From Phoronis australis (taxonomy: Eukaryota > Animalia > Phoronida): a stretch of 64,000 nucleotides of DNA. Both the position numbers and the translations under genes were made by a program. Below are positions 12,371-24,132 of this stretch, one piece after another. The notes beneath the pieces were generated by a model. It was not told the origin of the DNA, did not search any database, and worked only from the letters and a program-made list of their open reading frames with translations. Where the stretch lies: positions 490,417-554,416 of the forward strand of contig NMRA01000217.1 in assembly GCA_002633005.1 (NCBI GenBank), written 5' to 3'. Each line of letters begins with the position of its first letter. Within the stretch, counting starts at the first letter, position 1.

Positions 12371-15316
12371 GACATACAACCAATTGCAACAAAAACTGCA
12401 GGTGTTGTCCAATAGAGGCTGTTTTTGTTTCCTTATCAGAAATCAAGCCTGTTAATAGTTTTATAGGTAACAAAACTAAGAGCCTGCAATAAAATAACTT
12501 CGCCAAGCTTCACTAAAACCATCCTGCGTTTGATGGTGAAAGTCACGCAGACTTGTATGTCCATAGCACTATTTTGCAGCCGTGCTGACGTCATCAACAG
12601 GAATGTTTCCTGGAAACAATATTCCACTTCATGTTGAGGTCAGCTAAAAACTAATGTGCTTTGTATTTTCCGGTTTCACATTTAATTGTGATATCTGAGG
12701 ACGAGGGCACAGTATTCTTGTTACTGGGTGGTGGGTACCACCAACTGTTATTGTCACCATCTTGTATACCTGTGGCGGGTGTTGACATGTGTCCTGCGAA
12801 GTGAACAGAGCAACCTGTCACATATATTTTGCATAAGCCTGTGTTAGCAATCCAGTTATTAAGTATTCTCAGTTTCTACACATGTGGTTTTGTGGATTTG
12901 GGAACAAGAGTAACAGGTGCCTACCACGATGTAAGTTAACAACACAATGGTTATGTCACAAGTTATACCTCGTCATCTACTTTGTTAGGAGTGATGCTTG
13001 ATGTTTTAAACTTTCTCTCATCAGAGTGCTAATCTCAAGTTGTATATAAGTGTTTAGTTTTGCAGAGTTCAGTTCTAACTTCTAGTCACCTTTGTGGAGT
13101 TCATTTTCAATGTTATCCATCAACTTTTGTTGAAGCTCTCATGTCGTTATTTTACCTGTTTGAGAATCAAAATACAGTAAGTTCTGTCCATCAGTGATAG
13201 TACTGAGTTGAAAGTAGACCTGATGTTTGATTTATCTCTCTGGCCTCATGAAGGGTCTGTCCAATTGAACATTATTCCAGAGGGTCAAAACATTTCAGTG
13301 GCTGTGCCAGTAAACTCGACTTCGACAGAGCTGAAAATATGATATCCGTGGTTCAAATTCCATTGATACATGCCCCGGCAAGACTCCATTCCCTTCAGGG
13401 CGAGGAATCTATACCCCGCAAAATAAACTGAAACTGGCTAAAGGACACATTTATTTTTATTTTGTCAATTTTCACCACCACGTGGATCAACAGCGGCAAG
13501 CGCTTATTGATCAAGTACATTATTGTTGGTTTACTTATTAAAAGTAAGATGTCTGGGTCTCATACACTGCATATGCGTGCCGTGACGGTCTATACATTCA
13601 TTTAATCAATCTACTGTGAAAAAGACTTGATAGATAGCTGAGCAGTGAAAGTTTCTCTTGATAAGTCAGTCAGCATTTGCTGCCGCTGTATACCCATTGA
13701 TCTCAAGGCAATTGTCCCGCGGTCATTGGTAGTCATGAGAAGTTTGTGCTTGCCTTGTTTATCCCTCAGGCATCTTTTGTTAGTGGAGCATAAAACTCGC
13801 TAGGTCTATGACCGCATACTTCCTGTGTTTCTCATTAAAGTGCCTGTGTTGTCCGTAAGTGTAAAATATTGTAATAAGGGTATAATATACATGTAACTGA
13901 GCATGAACGCTGACACACTAACAGCAAAGATACGGTGCAAAGATAACAACCATTGGGTACAGCTAACAGCGTCGTTGCTAGTAGGGTAGCAGTCTCACCT
14001 GAGGCGGCTCTCGGACATGGGAGGGTACAGCTAGAGAGAAGTGGCTTACAAAACACTGGTGACGTCCAGGGAATTGGGCAGTTCTCCCGGGCTGTGGTAT
14101 TCTCAATGCACATTTTGCCATTGGCCTATAATGGGCGGCGCAGCACTAAAATAAGTGGTGGGAGGCTGTAGTCCCAGCAGCCCCCTATGGTCTATTGGCC
14201 TATTGGTACATATCTTCATCACATCATAACCTTTGATAACATAATACTGCATCATCCCAGAGCTTTAACATTGGAAACAATGGCAGCATGACCGCTTACC
14301 ACGTACCCTTACACGTGGTACTGTTTTGTTAAGTTCAAACAACAGTGCCAGCGTGCGGTTTATCAGTAAGCAATGAGAAACTGAACAAACATTGAAAGTC
14401 ATTGATAGAGTTACGTTGTTAGCACAGTAACAATTAAATGCAGCTATTAATACCTATTCTGTCAATGATGAAACTCAACTTTTCATTTAGACCACTTGCC
14501 AGTATAAAATTGGCCTCAACTTGTTCCTTTTTTCAAATGAGGCATGTTGATGTTGTGAAGCTGACACTTTGTTATTGCGCGAAACCATGCTACGTGAGTA
14601 GAATGACATGCCGTTACAAGTCAGATCAACCTATAGAGACTGTTTCAAGTAATAAAACGTGCTAGTCATTTCCAAGAAAGAATTTGAGATCAATTTCATA
14701 CTAACGGTAAATGGTTTAAACAAAGAAACTGGTTTTAGTCGTGATGGAGTGGAAGGCGGACTGATATCCACTTTAAATACCAACAATCATCGAGCATAGA
14801 GTTTTTACAAGAACGTACACGAACTTTTGTTGCCGATGATGATTATACCGATGACCCAGAAAAAGAGGACATGGGCAGAGATCCAAAACCCTTTAAGATG
14901 ACAGTAATGACGTTTTTAAGAAGGCACCAGTTTAAATTTCATTTTGAGGCCTTCGTATTGCTAACTCATACTTGAATAAATGAGTCCGAAATAGGATGTA
15001 ACTGCCCTGCTTGTTGTCATACGGGACAAAAGACTATGCTGGGCAGTTAACAAAGGAGCCAAGTGTTATCGCACGTTCAGCACCCCTCACGTTTGGAAAA
15101 GTTGCTGAACGACAGAACGCCGTCATGAGATCGCAAAATAAAAAGGAGGTCCACCTTCCCATCACAACCTTTTCCTTCCCAGTTCTCTTCCCTCCCTCGC
15201 ATTTTTGGGTCTGTCCTGCCAATCACAAAGGTCTGACTATAGTTACGAGGCTCATTCCCATCAGTAGTGTATTAGCGCTATAAAATCGCCTTTAGAATAA
15301 ACTGCACGTCATTTAA

Positions 15317-16239
15317 AAAGGATACTAGACCCCATATTGATGATTTCAAGCAATTTTTGTTCTGTCACTTGCTAATGCATCATTGACGTCAGTGTTGAAA
15401 GATAAAGCAGGAATCAACTAAAAACTTATAACCCCTATCTTACAAATTGGATATTTTTCCTTTAACTTGAAATTTTAAAAATCAACCGTCAGCTGCTTGT
15501 CCCTTAGTCAAGTTTTCTCCCACAAGGCAAAAAACATAGACAAAGCTCATTTTCCTTATATGGATAATGTGACCTTTGGTCTTGAATGTAAACAAAACAA
15601 TTGCGATTCTAAGCAGCTGCCAGAATGACGCCTTCGAGCGCAGGAGTGCAATCCATGTATATTATTAGGAGAGGAGATTTTGAGAACTGGATTGGGATGA
15701 AAGCATAACTTCAACGGAATTTTGTTATTTTAGATGTATTGGGCTAACCAGATAGTCCTAGCAAAGCCTTAGTTAGTGAACTAAGAAAACGCAAGCTCAG
15801 AATCACGCAAAGGTAAGCCCGCCAAATGATATGTGAAACTGCATTTTCGTGCCATGTTGCGTCACCGCGAGACCCCAGCACAAACAACAAAAGGCCGTTA
15901 ACAGTTTTATTGAATAGGGGTCCGAATAGAATACCATTGCGTGCGGGTGTTATTCGCAGCTGTTTAAATTAAAAGGTGTTTCTCGCGGTGACGTAGACAA
16001 GAGCAAGCCAATACGCCAAGCAGTTAGTTACATTTGACAATTTATGGCACTAGTTGGCTAAGAGCGATGCTCTTAACATGCTATAGGAACCAAATTTACA
16101 GGTGTTCTGCTTTTCAAATAAAGCAAATTTGACGATTTCTCTAGAAATACTTGCAATATTCAACATGAATAATTGTCACGTTAGCATCCCCAAGAACAGT
16201 TTAAAAGGTTTTTTACGAGTTTTCGGGTTCCACGCCTCT
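15317..16239. mobile_element. Non-autonomous TTAA-flanked (Kolobok-type) element
   Basis: ttaa|aaaggatactagaccc ... gggttccacgcctct|ttaa (imperfect TIR); diverged reverse copy from 37202. Confidence 0.6.
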
Positions 16240-17935
16240 TTAAATTAGGTTCACAGTCAACTAGCTGCATTCAACGTTTAAACAATTGTTAAATTGTCAA
16301 CGGGTCAACAGTACTTTCGTGGAAAATTGAAGTTAAATTTTGCCGCAGTTACTGAGAACTGCACATTCATCTACGACAATATTTTGCTGATACGGTGGTT
16401 CGAGGTGAGTTTGGTAAGTTAGAAAGAATGTGATTGAGAGGTTTATTGTAAGATAAAGTAATAATGTACAAAAACGATAGTATAGTAGTTTATAAAATAC
16501 CTTTCTAAGATAACGAAGATGGGCAACAAAAAAAACGCCATTAATTTTGTCAAGATGGGGAAATTTAACTCGTGGCCTCACAGTTGTGCACGTGCTATTG
16601 CGCAAGAGACCACTGATCATCTACTCATCAAGGATAATTTCTACGACTGAAAAATGACAGTGATGAGATGTTTTCTTCGAGCTTGAACATTGAGACGCGA
16701 AGTTCAAGACGTCTTCACCTCCGGCACAACACTCACATCAGTCAAAGAGTACTGGACATTAAATAGTTACAAATGGAAACACCAGGTTAAAAGGTTGAGA
16801 ACACTGTTGAATGTACTCTAGTTGTTACATGTACGTGTACGGTGGTGCGGACAAAGTCCTAACATATAAAAAACACATATCTATCAATCATATTGTTTGT
16901 TCTTTGGCGATGACAGAGCACATTACAGGAGAAAATGTGTTCGCTAGTCGCGTGTGACAAGAACGAGTTGCCATGGCAACAACAGTTGAGTGCGAGTATA
17001 AACATGAGGGGCACACATAGAAACGGACAGTTGGAAACAATACACACAGGTAATTTGTGCATTATAGGTAAACTGAGGTAAGTGACTGGCTTTCGATAAA
17101 CTTCACTTCATTTTCCTAACAGAGAGCGCGACAAAATAGCTTTTGTTTAAACAATGGAATTGTCGCCCTTTCATTCCCCAAAGAATTTAAGATTTGAAGC
17201 AACACAAGACTAAAGGTTATACCTCTTAACTATATTGCCACTGTAAGTTTGCTGTTTGTATGCAGTGAGGGTGCGACCCCATTCCCTGTAAACAGCGTAT
17301 CACCAGCTAGAGAAAATGGACGAAAAGTTATGATTATATGATTTTGAGAAATCTCAACAAGAAATCAGTACACCAAGCCCAATATCAGCAAACTACTCGT
17401 ATTTTCATTTCCAAAATATCGTTAATCTTGAAGATTTGATTTTGGACTTAACGCTAACCTACCAATTGCAGCTGATCCGTGACCATGTTATTCCACTTAC
17501 CAGTGTATTTGCACATTTTTAGCTTCTGAAGAAGGAAAATGAATTAAAACCACTGAAAGCAGATATAAACCTACCGTCTATTACATTTTTTTTTCAAAAA
17601 TTGGCCTCAAAATTTTCCTCAGTGAAAACAGGTGTGATTTGGGTTTTGAAAGAACTGTCTCTTTATTATTGCTAGAATTTTCCGACAGAGTGATAAAAAT
17701 TACAAATGTGGTCCTCCGACAGATCACACGTTTGTTCTCACTTTAAGTTTAATAAATCGATCCCCAATAGAATCTGATTTCCGTCAACAACAAAACCATC
17801 AGAACCATCAATGACTCAAGTAAACGCTTCAGATTATTAGTGGGTGTTGGCAAACTCTAAAATCTCGAATTCATAAATAGCGCATCTACGCATTGCCGTC
17901 TCATTCCTCAGCAGTTTTGGATCTAATATATTTAA

Positions 17936-19356
17936 GGAGAATGCCACCAAAACAACGTACTTTGTATCAATTCATATCGAGTAGTCCCACTCGATAACGG
18001 CAAGTTCAGTCCTTTTACCTGATACCAGACGCCAGACGGAGGTGCTGACATTAACCAATGACGTTACAGGTTCTAAAACAAGCTGTTAAGTTATCGCTTG
18101 ACTTCATCACTTTACACCAATAAATCAATAAAAGGCGATGCAAACCCCTTACAAATACAATAAGATCTTAAACAAACAAGTTGTTTTATTTCGCTGTTAC
18201 GGATTTATAGAAATTTTAAACCTACCATAGCCTACAAAGTTCGGTAGGCCAGCTTACGAGGTCGATCGCAGGAAGTTTACAACTCTTCGGTGATAAATTA
18301 GAATTATTCTTCGTGAAATAAAGCCAGAACAGCATAGCCGGGTGTTGTAGTTTTAGATTTTTTCTTCAGTTTTAAACACACAACATGCTCGTTTTAACCC
18401 AGTGGCCCGTAATCCGAGTAGGTCCGTCGCCTGCGGCCGGACTAGACACGAACATAAACCAGCCGGGTTAGCCGGCTGCCAAAGTTGAAAATTTTAATTT
18501 TATAAGTTTAAAAACTTTCAGATACTAAAAGACTAGACTAGTGAACCAAAGAAATAATGTGCACGAGAATATTTTGGTAAAACCGCCGTAAAATTACAAA
18601 TATACCTTCCCCGTCGGGGGTCGCGAAGCCAGGTTCCCCTCACGCAGAACCGTAAAGGACAAAAGGTGTGCAATAACATGATCAGAATAATGTTTATATA
18701 CAGGTGTATCAAAAAGATTTCTGTAACGGCTGACTATACCATATAAAATCGAGTTCTTGTTTCACAACAGCTTTCTGTCAGCGTTCAAAATTAGCATGCA
18801 CTCACACAGCCACGGGTGCCTTGTCAATTAGTTTTATTGCATTTGAAGCCGGTAACGCACTATGATTTATTCATTGTTCGTTTCTCAAAACATTTGCACT
18901 CATGACCACTTCAGAGGCATTGCAAAATGTATCTACTTCCGAGACACTTTTTCAGCTTCATTAAACGTGGGTTAGGGTAAGAATAATTCATTTTGAAACA
19001 GAACAATGACGGCCACAAACTCGGAGATATTTCACGGCCTCATACTTGGTATTAACGTCGTACTTTTCATTCTTTACTACCACAAGCCACTTCCGAAGCA
19101 TTTCGGGTTGGCGAGAAAATCGAAAAATCGATATACCCGCTTTCCTTGCAGCTTCGGAGTTCGCGCAATCGGGAACGATACAGCACACCATAGCGGCACA
19201 CACTCAGCTGATGAACCACTGACGTCGCCGTGCACTCCCCTCCCTCACAGGTTGACGTGACACCTCTCCCCGAGGTAAGATTGATCGTATACGAGGTGGT
19301 GTGGATATAAACCGATTAAGACGGTAAAAAACAAAATAAATCGGGTGGCATTCTCC
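17936..19356 (-). mobile_element. Non-autonomous Kolobok-type element carrying a THAP domain
   Basis: Perfect 13-bp TIR ggagaatgccacc / ggtggcattctcc, TTAA on both sides; second copy 38543-39915. Confidence 0.85.
18988..19191 (-). pseudogene. Truncated THAP zinc-finger (transposase N-terminus)
   Basis: MVCCIVPDCAN...IFRFSRQPEMLRKWL...LRVCGRH matches the THAP C2CH pattern; breaks right after the His. Confidence 0.85.
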
Positions 19357-19709
19357 TTAAAGTATGGACTTGATTTCAAACCCCAATATTCTCTGATTTT
19401 AAAGTCAACATTAACAATGTAACAGCTGCAAAATCATCCTTTAAAATTGAAAAAAAACACGTTTTTGAGAGGGCGTTCATTTGAAGGAATAGCACGATCA
19501 GATGCCCGTTTCATGGACCCTTTTCTTTCTCAACTTAGACTGCAATCTAAGTAACTTAAGACCAATACACCGTATGCCAAAACCGTCTACCCACACGGCA
19601 ACTAATCTTGAGAAATAACTTGATACACAGGGTACAAAATCCTCTTTCTGACCCACAGTGGGACTGCAAAACACGTCTACTGAGCTATAATAAAACCGGT
19701 TCTATTACA

Positions 19710-20000
19710 TGAGTGTTTTTTGCCGTGACATCAAAACATACCTGGGTATGAAGTAAGCGAACATCGTTGGACACCAAAGTGGATTCCTCTGCAGATGGTT
19801 CAGTACACTTATTATGTTCTCAGTGCTGCTTGAGTCGTGTCGTTTGCTGCTGGTGCAGCAGTGATGCGCACCCCGAAGATCTTTTAAAAACATGACAATC
19901 ATACAGAATGCCAGTCTGAGCATTACTTTCTATCTATGAGATACACATTTATGCCGAAGTGTGAGTCCGCCTCAAATTAAAACTCCATTGTTCAAATTGT
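19710..20000 (+). repeat. Second copy of the old repeat at 12060-12370 (inverted)
   Basis: Reverse-complement similarity over ~300 bp. Confidence 0.7.
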
Positions 20001-20908
20001 TTTCGGACGAATTACGTTTAATTCCGGCATTGACATGTCAACGCCGACACTAGAATTCCGATAACAACCGATATTCAAGGAGGAAATCTAGGATTTGGAA
20101 ACACTCAAAAGGCTCTCCGACATATTAGCTGATCAACTTTATTCTTAATATGGGGGCATGGAAGGGCAGTGTCGCATATTCAAAATTTCGAAAAGAGGTA
20201 CGATAAGAGCAAGGACTTTTGTCAAACTTCCCCAGCCCTTTAATGACCCAGTGGAGAATATACCACCGATAGTACACAGCCAGAATGCCCATTCACTAGA
20301 GACGTAACCTGCTCAACGACAGACGAGGACATTATTACTGTAGTGAAAATTCATGTCCAAAGTCTGAAATTTTCCAGCAGCAAATAATCAAAACCTCGAC
20401 CACTAGGTGTTAAGCAGGCTATCTCCAACCACAATAACATTACTTTCAGTTTCAGTCACAACGTTGACACTGCAGATTTTATTCGACTGGAGCATCTGTG
20501 CTATTTACTATGATTACTATCGATGTCGGTATATAATTTCCCAAGTACAAGCTGGATTGATCTAATCCTAAGCTTAATTTTCAGGCTGTTCAGCAATACC
20601 ATCATTACAAAACGTCAAAAACAAACAACTTACCTGGCTTAAGGCAACTGCTCTTCTTCGAAGCAGTGCCGAAACCAGCTAACTGAGCACCTGCTTGCCA
20701 GAGGTCAAACTGACCCGGCCAGCATTATGGGTGACATTCACTTATTTTAGTCGAGAAGACTGTAAGAACACATAAAGAAAAGACAAGTATGTAAAGGCAG
20801 TAGATTGATCTCATACTTAAGAAAACTTCGAATTAAGTATCAGAGAGTACGTTTCAATGACTTTTATTCAGTTTCAAAGCACTTTCAACACGGCTTATGT
20901 TACTTTAA

Positions 20909-22000
20909 GGCTATCTCAAACCTAAATTAATGGCCTCCGTTCTAACTCGTATATCAAAAAATAACCCGTGTCAACTGGTTAAAGTATAAATTTTCTGAAA
21001 GAAAAAAGACCAGGAAATACAAAATTATGTTTTTGCATTGATGTTCCATTACTATTATTACTTTAACACCTTTTTAAGTCGAAATTTCATTTTTAAGAAA
21101 GTTACATTCGTGGCAAACTAAATCCTAAGTAGATTTCAATAAAACATTTTTTAAACGAAAACTTCACAAGTCACCTCAAAAATGTTCACAGAAAGCCCCC
21201 ACACACTTTCATCGTGGGCCGGTCGAGGTCAAGGACGGTACGGAAATTGCTGGTGAGTTACGGAAGTACTCAATAGTTTTTCTACTGGCGGCTAAGTATA
21301 GAGTTATCGACATCGTGACTTTACGGGACAAATCGGCAATTTCCGTACCGTCCTTGACCTCGAGCGGCCCACGATGAAAGTGTGTGGGGGCTTTTGTGAA
21401 CATTTTTGTTCTTTGACTGCGAATTTCTTACGAAGTCGCCGGAACAGGACACCGTGCATGGTATTGGGAGAAAGAACAATACTTCATGATTTGTTGACCT
21501 CTGTTTTGTGTAAATTTATTGAGCTTTATATTTGCTATGGACGGCTGAAGTGAAGCACCCGTGGAATTTCTAGTCTGGAGTGTCATACCTTGTAGTATTA
21601 TATGTAGTGTATTGGGGACGAACAGAATCTGAGGACGCCTGTGGATCAAACTACGTTTTGTCTTTGGTTTCCCTGACACAGTTCTATCATAAGTTCATCT
21701 CGTTGACTCTATTTCCGCGACTCGGTGAATGAAGGACTGATGGTACATACGAAGCTACTACCTATAGCGGGAGATTCGATTTGAGTGACCGCCCTGTAAC
21801 CTTTGACCTCGGATAAATAGTAAACAAATATCCCCGCGTTTGTGCGGTTCCAAGGTGTTTCTGCTAATTTTTTTTTCTTGCTACACGGTGCACATTTTGT
21901 ATTTGAAGTTCCCCGAGAACAAAGATAATGTATATGTTGCTAGACACAAGCGAAATATTGTAAAAATGGCCAATTTTTGTGAATAAGGTTTGAGATATCC
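20909..22000. mobile_element. Non-autonomous TTAA-flanked (Kolobok-type) element
   Basis: ttaa|ggctatctcaaacct ... aggtttgagatatcc|ttaa (15-bp TIR, 1 mismatch). Confidence 0.75.
21177..21408. repeat. Long inverted repeat (74/73-bp arms, 85-bp spacer)
   Basis: 21177-21250 is the reverse complement of 21336-21408 with one mismatch and a 1-bp indel. Confidence 0.95.
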
Positions 22001-23190
22001 TTAAAGAATAGACTAATTTAATGACCCTGAAGTTTCAAGTTGACACGGACCTAATCTTGAAAACAAGTGTGACTTCAGTTCTAGCACAACTGATAAATGT
22101 AAGGTAATCAGAGTGGCCCAGCGTACCCAGTTCTTTTGAAATGTGCAAACTCGATGATTTAAGACGTAGTTTCATTGAAATGAACGGAAGATGCGATGAA
22201 AATGATTGCTGCGATGTTAGTGACTATCCACAGAGTCTCAACGTTTGACAAGACAACCTAAACATTTCAATTTACTCCATATAGTATGCCAGTGAAATCC
22301 ACTGCATAATCTGATATTACACATACTTCAGTGCAAGAAAAAAGTAATCAGACTAAACACCGTTTCCCTATCATGGTGGCTAATTCAGTAGCAAAAAAGA
22401 CTGATAATAAATATTTGGGTGGCGCCTTCGTAACTTTGCTATTCATTCTCGGTCACGAGTGAACACTGCTTTAACGAGCGATGCGTTCGGCTATTGCCCA
22501 CGCGTAATGACTGGCATTTCGAGACATTTTGTCTGACTACTTCTGACTTGTTTTGCATACGTAGTAAAGTACACGATAATGCGGAAATGAAGGGCTTGCT
22601 CCAAATCGCAAAAATGGGCAAACACGGTTTTATATGTGCACTATTCAAATTCCACAGATACGACACCTTTTGTGGACATTCACCTACATGTATTTTTAAA
22701 ATTTGTAAAATATGAACTGATCGCAACTTTCGCGAGAATATGTGTTCTCAACTTACATGTGCAAGCATTTGATTTTTGGTCACCCTGTATCAAGAGTTGT
22801 GACAATATTCAAATTGATGCTCCCTCGTACCAGATTATTTAACCCATTAACAATTGCCTGAGTAAATGCGCTTTAAATTGCAACTTGTGAACTTTAGAAA
22901 AAATATGCGTCCAATACATATGGTGTGATTTGAAAAAGACATCATTACTAGTGTGAATCTCAAAAAAGACTTAAACATTACTGTTCAATGTTATTGTGCT
23001 AGAGCGTGCCGGCTGGAGCCGCATGCAGTTGTAATGTCATGTTAAGCTTTTACGAGAACACTCATGGTGAGCGGTCCATGGCGTGGAACGCTGCAAACGC
23101 GCAAAGAGAATTGTACGAGCTTTGAATCTACTTTTTCAGATACACCGCCGCGAGGAACAGAACACTACCTCCATACTAAATCTGCGACTC

Positions 23191-24132
23191 ATGGTTTCAG
23201 AAAACATTTTGGAAATGTCAAACTCCACGACGGAAATGGTCATATCAAACTTCTCTACGAATAACAAGTATGTGATTGTCCATCCATCGACTGCAAGCTT
23301 GGTGGCAGTAGGCATGTTTGCTTGTGCTGGACTCTTACTCAACACCGTTTCTTTGTCTGCCATTTTACACGCCAGACCTCTAGAGTCTGCTTTGCGACTG
23401 TTGCTAAGTTTGGCATGTTCAGACATTCTCACAGACATTGCCTATGTCGTCCAGATATTATTTACTCACATTCTCCCGCCAGGGCTGCCTGGAATGTTCG
23501 TTGTGGGTTTTTTTTTAGTTACATCTTTGGTTTCTGTTTTCTTCAATGCGGTCGCTATCTCCTTGGAGAGGTACGTGTGCATCATTTATCCACTTCATTA
23601 TCACTTAATGGTCAGCGAGAAGAAAGTTACATATGGAATCGTTGTTTTGTGGACATCCGCCATCCTTATTGGCTCCGTCTGCGGTGCACTATGCTTTGTT
23701 CTACCGTTACATGGCGGAGCTGTCGCTAACATTGTGCTCGTGACAATTGTAGGTCTCCCATTGATCTCCATGTTCGTTTTATATATCAGAGTCGGAATGG
23801 AGCTGAAGAGACTTCAACAACAGCCTGGTGCAATGCAACAAACAAGTTCTTCAAAAGGGGTCGTTACTGCTGCATTGATAATTGGAACTTATGCAATATG
23901 TTGCATCCCGACCTCATTATATGTCATCATTTTACAGACTCATCCCTCGGTAACCGTACACTTTAACATTCCAGAATATGACATTTATAATATATTTGCT
24001 TGTCTCAACCTTTTCAACACCATTGCTGACCCATGCATCTACGTTTTCAGAAATGCCAGGGTTTTAGCTGGATTTCGCAAGATGGCAGCAAAGTGTCGGT
24101 GCGAAGTCAACAAGGTGTCGCCTTTGCAATAA
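23191..24132 (+). CDS. Intronless class A (rhodopsin-like) GPCR, melanocortin/adenosine-receptor-like orphan
   Basis: Seven hydrophobic segments; GLLLN (TM1), LSLACSD (TM2), SLERY..IIYPLHY (TM3), W in TM4, CCIP (TM6), NTIADPCIY (TM7); N-glycosylation sequons NST/NFS; acceptor ctttttcag at 23139 then first ATG 23191 (alternative 23215). Confidence 0.93.
   Translation: MVSENILEMSNSTTEMVISNFSTNNKYVIVHPSTASLVAVGMFACAGLLLNTVSLSAILHARPLESALRLLLSLACSDILTDIAYVVQILFTHILPPGLPGMFVVGFFLVTSLVSVFFNAVAISLERYVCIIYPLHYHLMVSEKKVTYGIVVLWTSAILIGSVCGALCFVLPLHGGAVANIVLVTIVGLPLISMFVLYIRVGMELKRLQQQPGAMQQTSSSKGVVTAALIIGTYAICCIPTSLYVIILQTHPSVTVHFNIPEYDIYNIFACLNLFNTIADPCIYVFRNARVLAGFRKMAAKCRCEVNKVSPLQ

Noticed and set aside
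14120-14203. Short element similar to 62833-62901 (catgggcggcgcagcact...ccccta)
   Set aside because: Probably a ~70-bp hAT-like MITE, but ends and TSD are not consistent enough to call.
16997-17265. TATA box plus several splice-like signals as 5' UTR exons of the first GPCR
   Set aside because: Implied introns are very short and there is no transcript evidence.
20634-20759. Minus-strand 126-bp exon with strong acceptor and donor
   Set aside because: Stops in all three frames and no partner exon; at most a non-coding exon.
23083-23190. ORF-track N-terminal extension of the first GPCR (and 51614-51688 of the second)
   Set aside because: Starts at a non-ATG codon and crosses a splice acceptor; treated as intron/UTR.
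23136-23729. Antisense and alternate-frame ORFs inside the GPCRs (also 50659-50928, 51201-51431)
   Set aside because: Shadow ORFs of real coding sequence.
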